Origin: Phycisphaerales bacterium
Lineage (GTDB): Bacteria > Planctomycetota > Phycisphaerae > Phycisphaerales > SM1A02
Length of the DNA stretch: 64,000 nucleotides
Assembly: GCA_046350355.1 (NCBI GenBank)
Contig: JAXMAN010000002.1
Coordinates: 70,042 to 134,041, forward strand
Direction: 5' to 3'
Made by a program: the position numbers and the translations under genes. Positions 1-8,540 of this stretch are shown in pieces. Every line of letters begins with the position of its first letter. Position 1 is the stretch's first letter. The notes under the pieces are model-generated. The model was not told where the DNA came from, searched no databases, and saw only the letters and a list, made by a program, of their open reading frames with translations.

Positions 1-493
1 GCGCGCCCTCGGCGGTGCGCTCCGAGGCCATGCCCGCCTCGTAGATGAGCGCGATGCCCGGATGCTGCAGCCGGCCGTGGAGCTCCGCCTCGCGCTGGAA
101 GCGGCGCACCGCGTTCGCGCCGCCGAAGGCGCGGATGACCTTGAGCGCGACGGTGCGCCGCGGCGATTCCTGCTGCGCCAGGTAGACGACGCCCATGCCG
201 CCGGTGCCGAGCACGCCCTCGATGCGGTAGTCGCCGATCCACGCGGGAAGCTGCAGGTCCTCGCGCATCTGCGAGGCGAGCTGCGCGACCGCGCCGTCGA
301 GACGCCGCGTCAGCGTCGACGCCGACTGCGCGTCCGCGTCCGCCTCGAGCAGCGTCGCGAGCTCGGCGGCGAGCTCGGGATCCTCCTGCGCGAGCTCGCG
401 CATCCGGCCATGGCGCACCGCCTCGGGCGCATCCACGAGCGCGCGGAAGTGCTCCTGCAGGCGCCGCCAGCGCTCGGGGTCAGCGATCGGCAT
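1..493 (-). CDS. Ser/Thr protein kinase, N-terminal part (gene continues beyond window start)
   Basis: Minus-strand ATG at 493-491. Translation is [16 protein letters not shown]...GTGGMGVVYLAQQ...ALKVIR, with a glycine loop and a VAIK-type lysine. It overlaps the stop of the upstream sigma gene by about 14 nt. It is absent from the ORF track because there is no stop in the window. Confidence 0.8.
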   Translation of the reverse strand, partial: MPIADPERWRRLQEHFRALVDAPEAVRHGRMRELAQEDPELAAELATLLEADADAQSASTLTRRLDGAVAQLASQMREDLQLPAWIGDYRIEGVLGTGGMGVVYLAQQESPRRTVALKVIRAFGGANAVRRFQREAELHGRLQHPGIALIYEAGMASERTAEGA

Positions 494-1082
494 GGGAGAG
501 CTTCGAGGCCAGCCAGGCGCGCGCCATGCGCCAGTCGAGCTCGACGGTGCGCGTGCTCACGCCCAGCGCGTCGGCGACCTCGGCGACGGTCATGCCCGCG
601 AAGACGCGCATCTCGACGACCTGCGCCTGGCGCGGGTCGAGCGCCTCGAGCTGGCGCAGGCACTCGTCGACGGCGATGACCTCCTCGGGCGCGGAGTCGC
701 CGGAGGTCGCGTCCAGGTCCTCCAGGCTCAGCGGCCGCGCGCCGCCGCCACGCTTGAGCGCCGAGCGCGCGCGGGCGTTGTCCACCAGCACCTGCCGCAT
801 GGCGGTCGCCGCCACCGCCAGGAAGTGCGCCTTGTCGGCGACCTGCAGGTGGGGGTCGGAGCCCAGCTTCAGCCACGCCTCGTGCACCAGCGCGGTCGGC
901 TGCAACGTCTGCCCCTGGCCGCGCAGCATCGACCCCGCAAGCGCACGGAGTTCGCCGTAAAGGCCGTCCCGAAGGGCACTTCGGGCGCCATCGCCGCCCC
1001 CGCGCAGTTGCAGCAGCAGGGTGGTGGTGGCCTCGGCGGTGAGCATTCCCAAAATTCTACGGGAGAGCGTTGCGGGTTCCAC
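480..1082 (-). CDS. ECF-type RNA polymerase sigma-70 factor (kinase-associated subfamily)
   Basis: 200 aa. Sigma-70 region 2 is LVHEAWLKL and region 4 HTH is [21 protein letters not shown] kinase gene follows immediately downstream. Confidence 0.85.
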   Translation of the reverse strand: MEPATLSRRILGMLTAEATTTLLLQLRGGGDGARSALRDGLYGELRALAGSMLRGQGQTLQPTALVHEAWLKLGSDPHLQVADKAHFLAVAATAMRQVLVDNARARSALKRGGGARPLSLEDLDATSGDSAPEEVIAVDECLRQLEALDPRQAQVVEMRVFAGMTVAEVADALGVSTRTVELDWRMARAWLASKLSHADR

Positions 1083-1186
1083 GGCCCGATTGCGTGGATC
1101 GTGGTGAGGGCCCTCCGGCGCGTGCCGGCCGGCGTCTCCTTCGAAGACGGACTCGTTTCCGTCCGGTCCATAAACGGAAGACTCTC

Positions 1187-2326
1187 ATGTCCAAGATCTG
1201 TTCCTTCGGGCGCCTGGCGCGCCTGGCTGCCGTGGCGATGGTCGCCACCGCCGCCCCTGCGTTCGGCCAGGTGGCCGTCTGTTCGTGCACCGGCGACATC
1301 ACCGGTGATGGCGTCGTCGACGGCGCCGACCTCGGTCGCCTGCTCGGCGCCTGGGGCACCGGCTTCGCCGAGGCGGACCTCGACAACAGCGGCATCGTCG
1401 ACGGTGCCGACCTGGGCATCCTGCTGGGCGCCTGGGGCAACTGCCCCGCGCCGGCGAACGACAGCTGCTCCAGCGCGGTCGTCATCGACTCGATGGGCGG
1501 CGCGTATCCCTTCTGCACGCTCCAGACGACGACGGACGGTCCCTCGGTGAGCTCCGCGAGCTGCTCGCAGGTCACCCAGATCCACAACGACGTCTGGTTC
1601 TACTACGAGGCGCTCAGCACCGGCCAGCTCACGCTCTCCACCTGCAACGACGCGAACTTCGACACCGTCATCGCGGTCTACGGCTCGACGATCCAGGGCC
1701 TCTCGCCCTGCCCGACCGACGGCATCGGCTTCGCGACCTTCCTCGGCTGCAGCGACGACGCCGCGGGCTGCTCGAACCTCACCTCGAAGCTCACGGTGAA
1801 CGTCAACGCGGGCAGCCGGTACCGCATCCGCGTCGGGGGCTTCAACTCGATCGCGCGCGGCAACGGCGTGCTGCATGTCACCTTCACCCACCCGGGCGAG
1901 TCCTGCGACAACCCGCGCATGGCGCAGAACTTCGTCGCTTCGCAGACGATCTTCGGCAACACGACGGACAACCCGAGCATCAGCAATCCCTTCCCGTGCT
2001 TCTCCGGCCTGCCCTCGGGCGGCACCGAGTGGATCCACTGGACCTCGGACTGCTGGGGCGTCGCGACCTTCAGCACCTGCCACGACGGCACGAACTTCGA
2101 CACCATCCTGACCGTGCTCCGCTACAACTTCAACGGCCAGTGCTGGGACGAGTACCTCTCGTGCAACGACGACTCGCCGATCGTCGGCTGCCAGATCAAC
2201 GGCAACAACCGCAAGTCGTACATCCAGCGCGTCGTGCAGCCCGGCGAGGTCCTCTACATCCTCGTCTCCGGCTTCAACGGAGCCCGCGGCAGCTACGAGC
2301 TGACCATCGACCGCTCCTGCGACTGA
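1187..2326 (+). CDS. Secreted protein with N-terminal dockerin-like repeats and two PPC (pre-peptidase C-terminal)-like domains
   Basis: Signal peptide [28 protein letters not shown]. There are two DxDGxVDGADLGxLLGAWG repeats. Two roughly 130-aa repeats ([15 protein letters not shown]...[11 protein letters not shown] and [14 protein letters not shown]...GSYELTID) match the PPC pattern. Confidence 0.8.
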   Translation: MSKICSFGRLARLAAVAMVATAAPAFGQVAVCSCTGDITGDGVVDGADLGRLLGAWGTGFAEADLDNSGIVDGADLGILLGAWGNCPAPANDSCSSAVVIDSMGGAYPFCTLQTTTDGPSVSSASCSQVTQIHNDVWFYYEALSTGQLTLSTCNDANFDTVIAVYGSTIQGLSPCPTDGIGFATFLGCSDDAAGCSNLTSKLTVNVNAGSRYRIRVGGFNSIARGNGVLHVTFTHPGESCDNPRMAQNFVASQTIFGNTTDNPSISNPFPCFSGLPSGGTEWIHWTSDCWGVATFSTCHDGTNFDTILTVLRYNFNGQCWDEYLSCNDDSPIVGCQINGNNRKSYIQRVVQPGEVLYILVSGFNGARGSYELTIDRSCD

Positions 2327-2425
2327 TTCCACGGCTCTCCTGACAACCAACGCATGGGCGGCGGCTGCGTGTGTGCGGGCCGCCGCCTTTGCGTTGGTGC
2401 ATGCCTCGTGCCTACGATCGCGGCG

Positions 2426-3025
2426 ATGATGCGCGCAAATCTGACCGCCTTCGCCACGCTCGTGCTCTGCGGATGCGCCGCCCAGGCGCCCGCGCCCGCA
2501 CGTGCGCCCTCCGCGCCACCTCCAAGCGCGCCCGCGCCCTCCTTCCCGCAGGACTGGTGCGGCACCTGGGAGGGAACGATGACCCTCTCCGCCGCGGGCC
2601 GCGAGTCCGTGCAGCGCGTGCCCGTCACCTTCGAGATCGCGCCGACCGCCGAGGAGGGCGTCTACCGCTGGCGCACCACCTACAACCACGATCCCTCGAC
2701 GGGGCAGAAGGACTACCTCCTGCGCACCGTCGACATCGCCGCGGGGCGCTACGCGATCGACGAAGGCGGCGGCGTCGTGCTCGACGCCGACTGGATGGGG
2801 CGCGCGCTCATCAGCATCTTCGAGGTGCAGGGGCGCACCTTCGAGGCGCGCTACGCGCTCGAGGGGGAGACGCTCGTGCAGGACATCGTCTATTGGCAGT
2901 CGATTCCGCCCCGTGGCAGCGACGCCGATCCGAAGCGCCCGCCCGTCGCGACGGTTCGGATCGAAGGCCGCCAGCGCAGCGAGCTCCGGCGCGCCGCGGC
3001 CCCCGCGCGCGCACCGGGGCGATAG
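2426..3025 (+). CDS. Hypothetical lipoprotein
   Basis: MMRANLTAFATLVLCGCAAQ carries a lipobox (LCGC). The product is an ordinary soluble protein by composition. The upstream part of the listed ORF (2354) is probably not coding. Confidence 0.55.
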   Translation: MMRANLTAFATLVLCGCAAQAPAPARAPSAPPPSAPAPSFPQDWCGTWEGTMTLSAAGRESVQRVPVTFEIAPTAEEGVYRWRTTYNHDPSTGQKDYLLRTVDIAAGRYAIDEGGGVVLDADWMGRALISIFEVQGRTFEARYALEGETLVQDIVYWQSIPPRGSDADPKRPPVATVRIEGRQRSELRRAAAPARAPGR

Positions 3026-3083
3026 CCCGCGGCAGCAGCGTCGTACCGGCGCGACCCGCTTGGATCTCCCCGCCGTCCGCACT

Positions 3084-4010
3084 ATGGTGCTCGCCATGTC
3101 GACCCGTCTCCCCGTGCGTTCCCTGATCGCCGCCTCGCTCGCGGGCCTCTGCGCCGCCGCCGCCCTCGCCTCGGGCCCCGGTGGGATCATCGGGCACTGG
3201 GCCCTGGATGAGCCCGCGGGGGCGATCATGTACGACACCTCCGGCAACGGTAACAACGGCCTCTTCCCCCAGTACTTGCCACGTGTCGCGGGAGTCAGCG
3301 ACCTCGCGGCGCAGCTCGGCATGGGCTACGCCATCGTGAACGACAACCCCTCGCTCAATCCCGTCAACGCGATCACGATCTCCGCGTGGTACCGCGCGAC
3401 GATCCCGTGGGCCGGCGCGGGCAACGACCCCATCGTCGACAAGCCCTATGTCTGCCACTGCGGGGCGCCGTACTACCAGTACCACCTGGGCGTCACGGGA
3501 ACCGAGTACGGCGTCGCGCCCCGTTCGATCAGCTTCACCACCGCCGGAGGCGGGAGCGTCACGTCGCCTCCCGGGATCTTCGAGCTCGGCGAGTGGCACC
3601 ACTATGTCGCGACATCCGACGCGAACGCGTCGCGCCTCTACGTCGATGGCACGCTCGTCGCGACCGGTCCCGGCACCGGGCCGATCCCCAGCTACGGGCG
3701 CCCGATCTACATCGGCCGCTACGGAAACCTGCTCATCTACCTGCAGGGCAACGTCGACGAGATCCAGATCTACGACCGCGCGCTGACGTGCCGCGAGGTG
3801 AAGTACCTCCACGAGCACCCCGGCAGCCACCTCTTGACCATCGACACGACGCCGGCGGACCTCGACGGCGACGGCGTCGTCGGCGGCTCGGACCTGGGCA
3901 TCCTGCTTGGAAGCTGGGGCCCGTGCGCCGGCGACTGCGGCGCCGACCTCGACTGCAGCGGGAGCGTGGACGGATCCGACCTCGGCATCATGCTCGGTTC
4001 GTGGAGCTGA
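3084..4010 (+). CDS. LamG-like jellyroll (concanavalin A-like lectin) domain protein with C-terminal dockerin-like repeats
   Basis: Signal peptide MVLAMSTRLPVRSLIAASLAGLCAAAALA. LamG_3-type motifs are ITISAWYRAT, GEWHHYVATSD, LYVDGTLVA and VDEIQIYDRALTCREV. The C-terminus is DLDGDGVVGGSDLGILLGSWG ... DGSDLGIMLGSWS. Confidence 0.8.
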   Translation: MVLAMSTRLPVRSLIAASLAGLCAAAALASGPGGIIGHWALDEPAGAIMYDTSGNGNNGLFPQYLPRVAGVSDLAAQLGMGYAIVNDNPSLNPVNAITISAWYRATIPWAGAGNDPIVDKPYVCHCGAPYYQYHLGVTGTEYGVAPRSISFTTAGGGSVTSPPGIFELGEWHHYVATSDANASRLYVDGTLVATGPGTGPIPSYGRPIYIGRYGNLLIYLQGNVDEIQIYDRALTCREVKYLHEHPGSHLLTIDTTPADLDGDGVVGGSDLGILLGSWGPCAGDCGADLDCSGSVDGSDLGIMLGSWS

Positions 4011-4025
4011 TCGCGCGCCGCGCGC

Positions 4026-5033
4026 TCAACGCTTCGCCGCACCGTCGCGCACGCACCGGAATCCCAGGTGCTGCAGCGAGGTGTCGCTCGAGCACGCCAT
4101 GCGCGCCGCGGGGCGGTAGCTGGCGCAGTAGCTGTCGTTGCAGAGGAACGAGCCGCCGCGGTGCACGCGGCTGTCCTTCGACTGCGGATTGCGCGGGTCG
4201 AGGCAGCTCGTCGGTCCCTTGGGGTTGACCACGACCGTGCCCGGCCCCGCCTCGAGCACGCGGCGCGCGTACGCGTCGGCGCGGTAGAGGTCGCTGCACC
4301 ACTCCCAGACATTGCCCGCCATGTCGACGAGCCCGTAGCGGTTGGGCGGAAAGCTGCCCACCGGCGACGCACCCACGAAGCCATCCTCCGCCGAGTTGTG
4401 GTCGGGGAAGCTGCCTTGCCAGGTGTTCGCGCGCGCGGGCGTGACCGGCTCGTCCCCCCAGTCGTTGAGCTTGCCGTCGAGGCCGCCGCGCGCGGCGAAC
4501 TCCCACTCGGACTCGGTGGGGAGGCGCTTGCCCGCCCATCGGCAGTAGGCGACGGCGTCCTCGAAGGCGACCTGCACGACGGGAAAGTCGTCCATCCCCT
4601 CGATGCTCGTCTTCGGCCCGCCGGGATGGCGCCAGTTCGCGCCCGTGGTCCAGGTCCACCACTGGTCGACCGCGTCCAGCGGCACCGGCTGCGCGGGCGG
4701 AGTGAAGGCGAGCGAACCCGGAAGCAGCATCTCGTCCGCGGGCTTGGGCGTTCCGGGCGGGCACTGCTTCTTGAGCTCCTCCCAGTCGACGGGGCGCTCG
4801 GCGACGGTGCGGTAGCCGGTCGCATCCACGAAGGCGCGGAACTGCGCGTTGGTCACCTCGGTGCGGTCCATCCAGAAGCCGTCGACGCGCACGCGGTGGA
4901 TCGGCCGCTCGTCCGGGCGCGCGAGTTCGTGCACGCAGCCCATGCTGAACTCGCCGCCGGGGATCCAGACCATGCCACGGGGGATGCGCTCGGAGAGCGC
5001 GAGCAACGCAAGCAGCGAGGCCGCGGCGATCAT
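4026..5033 (-). CDS. Formylglycine-generating enzyme (FGE/SUMF1) family protein, secreted
   Basis: 335 aa with signal peptide MIAAASLLALLAL. Motifs are RVDGFWMDRTEVTNAQF, AYCRWAGKRLPTESEWEFAARGG, NVWEWCSD and RVHRGGSF. It overlaps the upstream GT gene by 4 nt (ATGA). Confidence 0.9.
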   Translation of the reverse strand: MIAAASLLALLALSERIPRGMVWIPGGEFSMGCVHELARPDERPIHRVRVDGFWMDRTEVTNAQFRAFVDATGYRTVAERPVDWEELKKQCPPGTPKPADEMLLPGSLAFTPPAQPVPLDAVDQWWTWTTGANWRHPGGPKTSIEGMDDFPVVQVAFEDAVAYCRWAGKRLPTESEWEFAARGGLDGKLNDWGDEPVTPARANTWQGSFPDHNSAEDGFVGASPVGSFPPNRYGLVDMAGNVWEWCSDLYRADAYARRVLEAGPGTVVVNPKGPTSCLDPRNPQSKDSRVHRGGSFLCNDSYCASYRPAARMACSSDTSLQHLGFRCVRDGAAKR

Positions 5034-6283
5034 GCGCGCATCGTACGCAGCGCCTGCGCGGCCTGTTCGCCGCCGTCGTCGGCGCCGACGCTCGGTCCGA
5101 GCGTCGCCGCGCGCTTCGCCGCCGCCGCGTCCGCGAGCAGCGCCTCCAGCTCCCGCGCGATCGTCCGCGCGTTCACCTTGCCGCGCGGCAGCGAGCGCGC
5201 GACCCCCAGCCGCACCGCGCGCGCGGCGTTGTCGAACTGGTCGTGCGCGTGCGGGATCACCAGCATCGGCCGCCCCGCGCGCAGCGCCTGCGCCGTGCTG
5301 CCGATCCCGCCGTGGTGCACCGTCGCCGCGCAGCGCGGCATCACCGCGCCGAAGGGGGCGTACGGCAGCGCGATCGAGCCCGCGGGCAGCGCGCGCGGCG
5401 CCTCGCGCCCCGCGCCCACCAGGAAGATGCCGCGCCGCTTCATCGCCGCGCAGGCGCGCGCGGCCTCCTCGTAGAAGTCGCCCGCCACATGCACCGCCGC
5501 GGTGCCCAGGCAGAAGAGCAGCGGGGGCTCGCCCGCCTCCAGGAACCGCTCGAGCGCGGGATCGAGCGCCGTCGGCGCGCCGATGCGGTCGTGCCAGGGG
5601 AAGCCGCAGATGCGCCCCGTCGCCGGATCGTCCGCGCACGGACCGCGGAAGTGCGTCGACCACATGCCCAGGTTGCGCAGCCCGCCGCGCGTGATCTGCG
5701 TGTAGTCGCGCGGCACCTTCGGCAGCCCCAGCCGCCGCCGCGTGCGCGCGACGCTGCGCTCGACCGTCCACCACAGCACCGCCGGCTGCATCGTGCGCAG
5801 CAGCCACCGCGCGAAGGGCCCCGGCCGCACCGGGTACTCGGCGACGGGGCAGATCGGATCGTCCTGCGCCATCCAGCACATGGGCGAAAGCACCACGCTC
5901 GCGCGCGGCACCCGCGCCTGGTCCGCTGCCCACGCCGCGCCCATCGCGATGTGGTGGTGCGCGACCAGGTCGAAGCGCCCGCGCTCGAGCATCGGCCGCA
6001 ACGTCTGCAGGCACTCGACCGCGAATCCGCCGATGAGCACGTCCATCACCGTGCGGATGCCGCGGCGCGGATGCATCACGTCGGGGTAGAGCTCGCCGAT
6101 GCGCGTGAGGTCGATGTGCTCGCCGATGGGCTGGAAGGCGATCCCCTCGCGCTCGATCTGCGCGCGGAAGTAGGGATTCGTCGCGATCGTCGCCTGGTCG
6201 CCCGCGGCCTGCAGCGCGCGCGCGATCGCGATGAAGGGATGGATGTCCCCGTGCGAACCCGTCGTGACCAGCAGCGCGCGCAT
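5030..6283 (-). CDS. Glycosyltransferase family 1 (MGT/UDP-glucuronosyl-glucosyltransferase-like)
   Basis: N-terminus is MRALLVTTGSHGDIHPF. The GT1 signature is HHGGIGSTAQALRAGRPMLVIPHAHDQFDNA. Confidence 0.85.
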   Translation of the reverse strand: MRALLVTTGSHGDIHPFIAIARALQAAGDQATIATNPYFRAQIEREGIAFQPIGEHIDLTRIGELYPDVMHPRRGIRTVMDVLIGGFAVECLQTLRPMLERGRFDLVAHHHIAMGAAWAADQARVPRASVVLSPMCWMAQDDPICPVAEYPVRPGPFARWLLRTMQPAVLWWTVERSVARTRRRLGLPKVPRDYTQITRGGLRNLGMWSTHFRGPCADDPATGRICGFPWHDRIGAPTALDPALERFLEAGEPPLLFCLGTAAVHVAGDFYEEAARACAAMKRRGIFLVGAGREAPRALPAGSIALPYAPFGAVMPRCAATVHHGGIGSTAQALRAGRPMLVIPHAHDQFDNAARAVRLGVARSLPRGKVNARTIARELEALLADAAAAKRAATLGPSVGADDGGEQAAQALRTMRA

Positions 6284-6319
6284 CGGAGCGACGAAGGTAC
6301 CGCACTACACTGCGCCGCG

Positions 6320-7765
6320 ATGCGCTACCTCCGAGACGCCGCGCGGGCGTTCGCCGCCACGCTTGCGGCGACCCTGCTCTCCGGCTGCACCGCCTTCACG
6401 CTGCCGACCGCGCCGAACCTCTACGCGGATCCCAAGGGCGACACCTCCGCCTTCGACCGCATCCCGGAGAAGCTCCGTTCGCCCGAGGTCACCGTCCTCT
6501 ACGCGACCGACCGCGATCCCGCGGACCACGACGGCCGCCCCGGCTACGGCATCGGCCGCTGCGAGCAGGTGGCGCTGGGCACCTGCGTCGTGCGCATGGA
6601 GGGCAAGTCGGGCACCTGGGAGGAGGTCGTCGCCGCGAGCACCATCGCCGGCAAGGGCGACGATGTGCGTCTGGCGATGGTCTCCTTCGAGGAGGTCGAG
6701 CGCTTCCGCGCCGTCGACGCGCGCCTGATGAGCAACGCGCCGATCCCGCTGCCGGAGCCTCCCGAGCTCGCGCAGTCGCGCCGCGACTTCGTCGAGCGCG
6801 TGCACGCGCTGCTCAAGCCGCGCCTGGACGCCGCGCCGCAGAAGGAGATCTTCCTCTTCGTGCACGGCTACAACAACACCTTCGAGGAGGGGGCGCTGCG
6901 CGCCGCGCAGATCTGGCACTTCGTCGGCCGCGAGGGAGTGCCGGTGCTCTGGTCGTGGCCCGCAGGAAGCCCCGGCCTGCTGCGCGGCTACACGCACGAC
7001 CGCGAGTCGAGCGAGTTCACCGTCCCGCACCTGAAGGCCTTCCTGCTGGCGCTCGCCTCGTGCCCGGGACTCGAGAAGATCAACATCGTCGCGCACAGCC
7101 GCGGCACCGACGTCGTCTTCAGCGCGCTGCGCGAGCTGCATCTGGAGGCGCGCGGCGCGGGCCGCGACACGCGCCAGGTGCTGCGCCTGGGCAACGTCGT
7201 CCTCGCCGCGCCGGACATCGACATGGAGGTCTTCCTCGCGCGCATGCGCTCGGACTACGTCGGCTACATCCCCGAGCGCTTCACCATCTACGTCTCCCCC
7301 AACGACAGCGCCATCGGCGTCTCCGCGTGGCTCTTCGGCAGCGTGCGGCGCCTGGGCCAGGCGGACGCGCGCTGGCTCCCGCCCGACCTGCAGGCGGGGC
7401 TGCGCGCGCATCCGGTGCTCAGCGTCGTCGATGTCCGCGCCTCGACGATCGGCATGGGGCACGACTACTTCCTGACGAATCCGGCGGTGCTCACCGACCT
7501 CATCCTCGTGCTGCGCGACCACCGCGCGCCCGGCGCCGAGAACGGACGGCCGCTCGAGCGCCAGCCGTCGGGCTTCTGGCGCCTGGACAACGGCTATCCC
7601 TTCCGCGCGCCGTCGAAGGTGCGCAGCGGCGACATCGGCGCGCCGCAGATCCCGCCGCTGCCGGAGGAGGAGCCGCCGCCGCCTGCGCCCGCGTCGTCCG
7701 CGCCCGCGGCGTCCGCGCCCTTCAGCTCCGCCGCCGGCGCGAACGCAGCAGCAGCGCACCCATGA
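6320..7765 (+). CDS. DUF900-family alpha/beta hydrolase lipoprotein
   Basis: MRYLRDAARAFAATLAATLLSGCTAF carries a lipobox. Motifs are IFLFVHGYNNTFEEGALRAAQI, VLWSWPAGSPGLLRGYTHDRESS and NIVAHSRGTDV (nucleophile elbow). Confidence 0.8.
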   Translation: MRYLRDAARAFAATLAATLLSGCTAFTLPTAPNLYADPKGDTSAFDRIPEKLRSPEVTVLYATDRDPADHDGRPGYGIGRCEQVALGTCVVRMEGKSGTWEEVVAASTIAGKGDDVRLAMVSFEEVERFRAVDARLMSNAPIPLPEPPELAQSRRDFVERVHALLKPRLDAAPQKEIFLFVHGYNNTFEEGALRAAQIWHFVGREGVPVLWSWPAGSPGLLRGYTHDRESSEFTVPHLKAFLLALASCPGLEKINIVAHSRGTDVVFSALRELHLEARGAGRDTRQVLRLGNVVLAAPDIDMEVFLARMRSDYVGYIPERFTIYVSPNDSAIGVSAWLFGSVRRLGQADARWLPPDLQAGLRAHPVLSVVDVRASTIGMGHDYFLTNPAVLTDLILVLRDHRAPGAENGRPLERQPSGFWRLDNGYPFRAPSKVRSGDIGAPQIPPLPEEEPPPPAPASSAPAASAPFSSAAGANAAAAHP

Positions 7766-8360
7766 CCGCCGCCGCGCCCGGCGCGGGCACCTGCACGAGC
7801 TGCACGCCCGTGACGCAGCCGATCGCGCCGTTGACGGTGAAGATGTCGATGTTCAGCGCCTGGTTGGCGGCGATCGTGACCGTGCTCAGCGAGTGCGTCA
7901 CGCCCTGCACGTAGCCGCCCGGCCACGCGCCGCCGACGACGGTGTATCCCGAGCCGTTCACGTTCACCGCGGTCGGGAGCTGCTGGAAGGTCCAGGTGTA
8001 GACGTAGACGTCGTAGGTCCCCGCGGCGAGCCCGCTGAAGCTGTAGCTCTCCAGGAAGGGGATCACGAGGCCGTCGTCGATGAGCGCCTCGTCGTCGCCG
8101 AAGGTGTTGGGATCGTTGTATCCCGCGAGCGATCCGCCGGTGCCCGTGAGCGTGACGCCCGTCGCGCCGCCGCCGAGTCCCGCGAGTCCCACGAGCGTGC
8201 CGCCCGCGTAGGTGTTCCACACGCCGGCCTGTCCCGCCGCGGCGCCGAAGCCCGAGCCCGGCGTGGGCGTCGTGTTGCCGAAGTCAATGTTGAACGACTG
8301 GGCCGAGGCGCTGCCGGCCACGATGCCCGCCGCAAGGCAGGCGAGTGCGATGTGACGCAT
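7722..8360 (-). CDS. PEP-CTERM sorting-domain secreted protein
   Basis: Signal peptide MRHIALACLAAGIVAGSASAQ. A Gly/Thr-rich beta-type body ends in the C-terminal VPAPGAAAVMGALLLRSRRRRS. Confidence 0.75.
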   Translation of the reverse strand: MRHIALACLAAGIVAGSASAQSFNIDFGNTTPTPGSGFGAAAGQAGVWNTYAGGTLVGLAGLGGGATGVTLTGTGGSLAGYNDPNTFGDDEALIDDGLVIPFLESYSFSGLAAGTYDVYVYTWTFQQLPTAVNVNGSGYTVVGGAWPGGYVQGVTHSLSTVTIAANQALNIDIFTVNGAIGCVTGVQLVQVPAPGAAAVMGALLLRSRRRRS

Positions 8361-8540
8361 GGATGGGCTCCGCGAAAGGGATGCGCGGCGGGGTGGAAAG
8401 GGAAGGGATCGGGAAGCGCCCCCGCCGGCGCGCGTCCCGCGACAAGTGTGCCTAGATTGCAGGGTGGGTCAAGGGACGGCGCGCGATCGGGCGCCGATAG
8501 ACTGCGCCCCCCGCGCCCGGCGCGGACGAGGAGCAGCACC

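Noticed and set aside
869-3322. 817-aa minus-strand ORF spanning three plus-strand genes
   Set aside because: The product is Arg/Ala/Gly-rich with no motifs. It is antisense to well-supported genes and typical of a GC-driven open frame.
4026-6305. 759-aa single ORF
   Set aside because: The frame stays open across two genes. The FGE domain begins at MIAAAS (5033). The upstream part is an alternate frame of the GT1 gene and is not coding.
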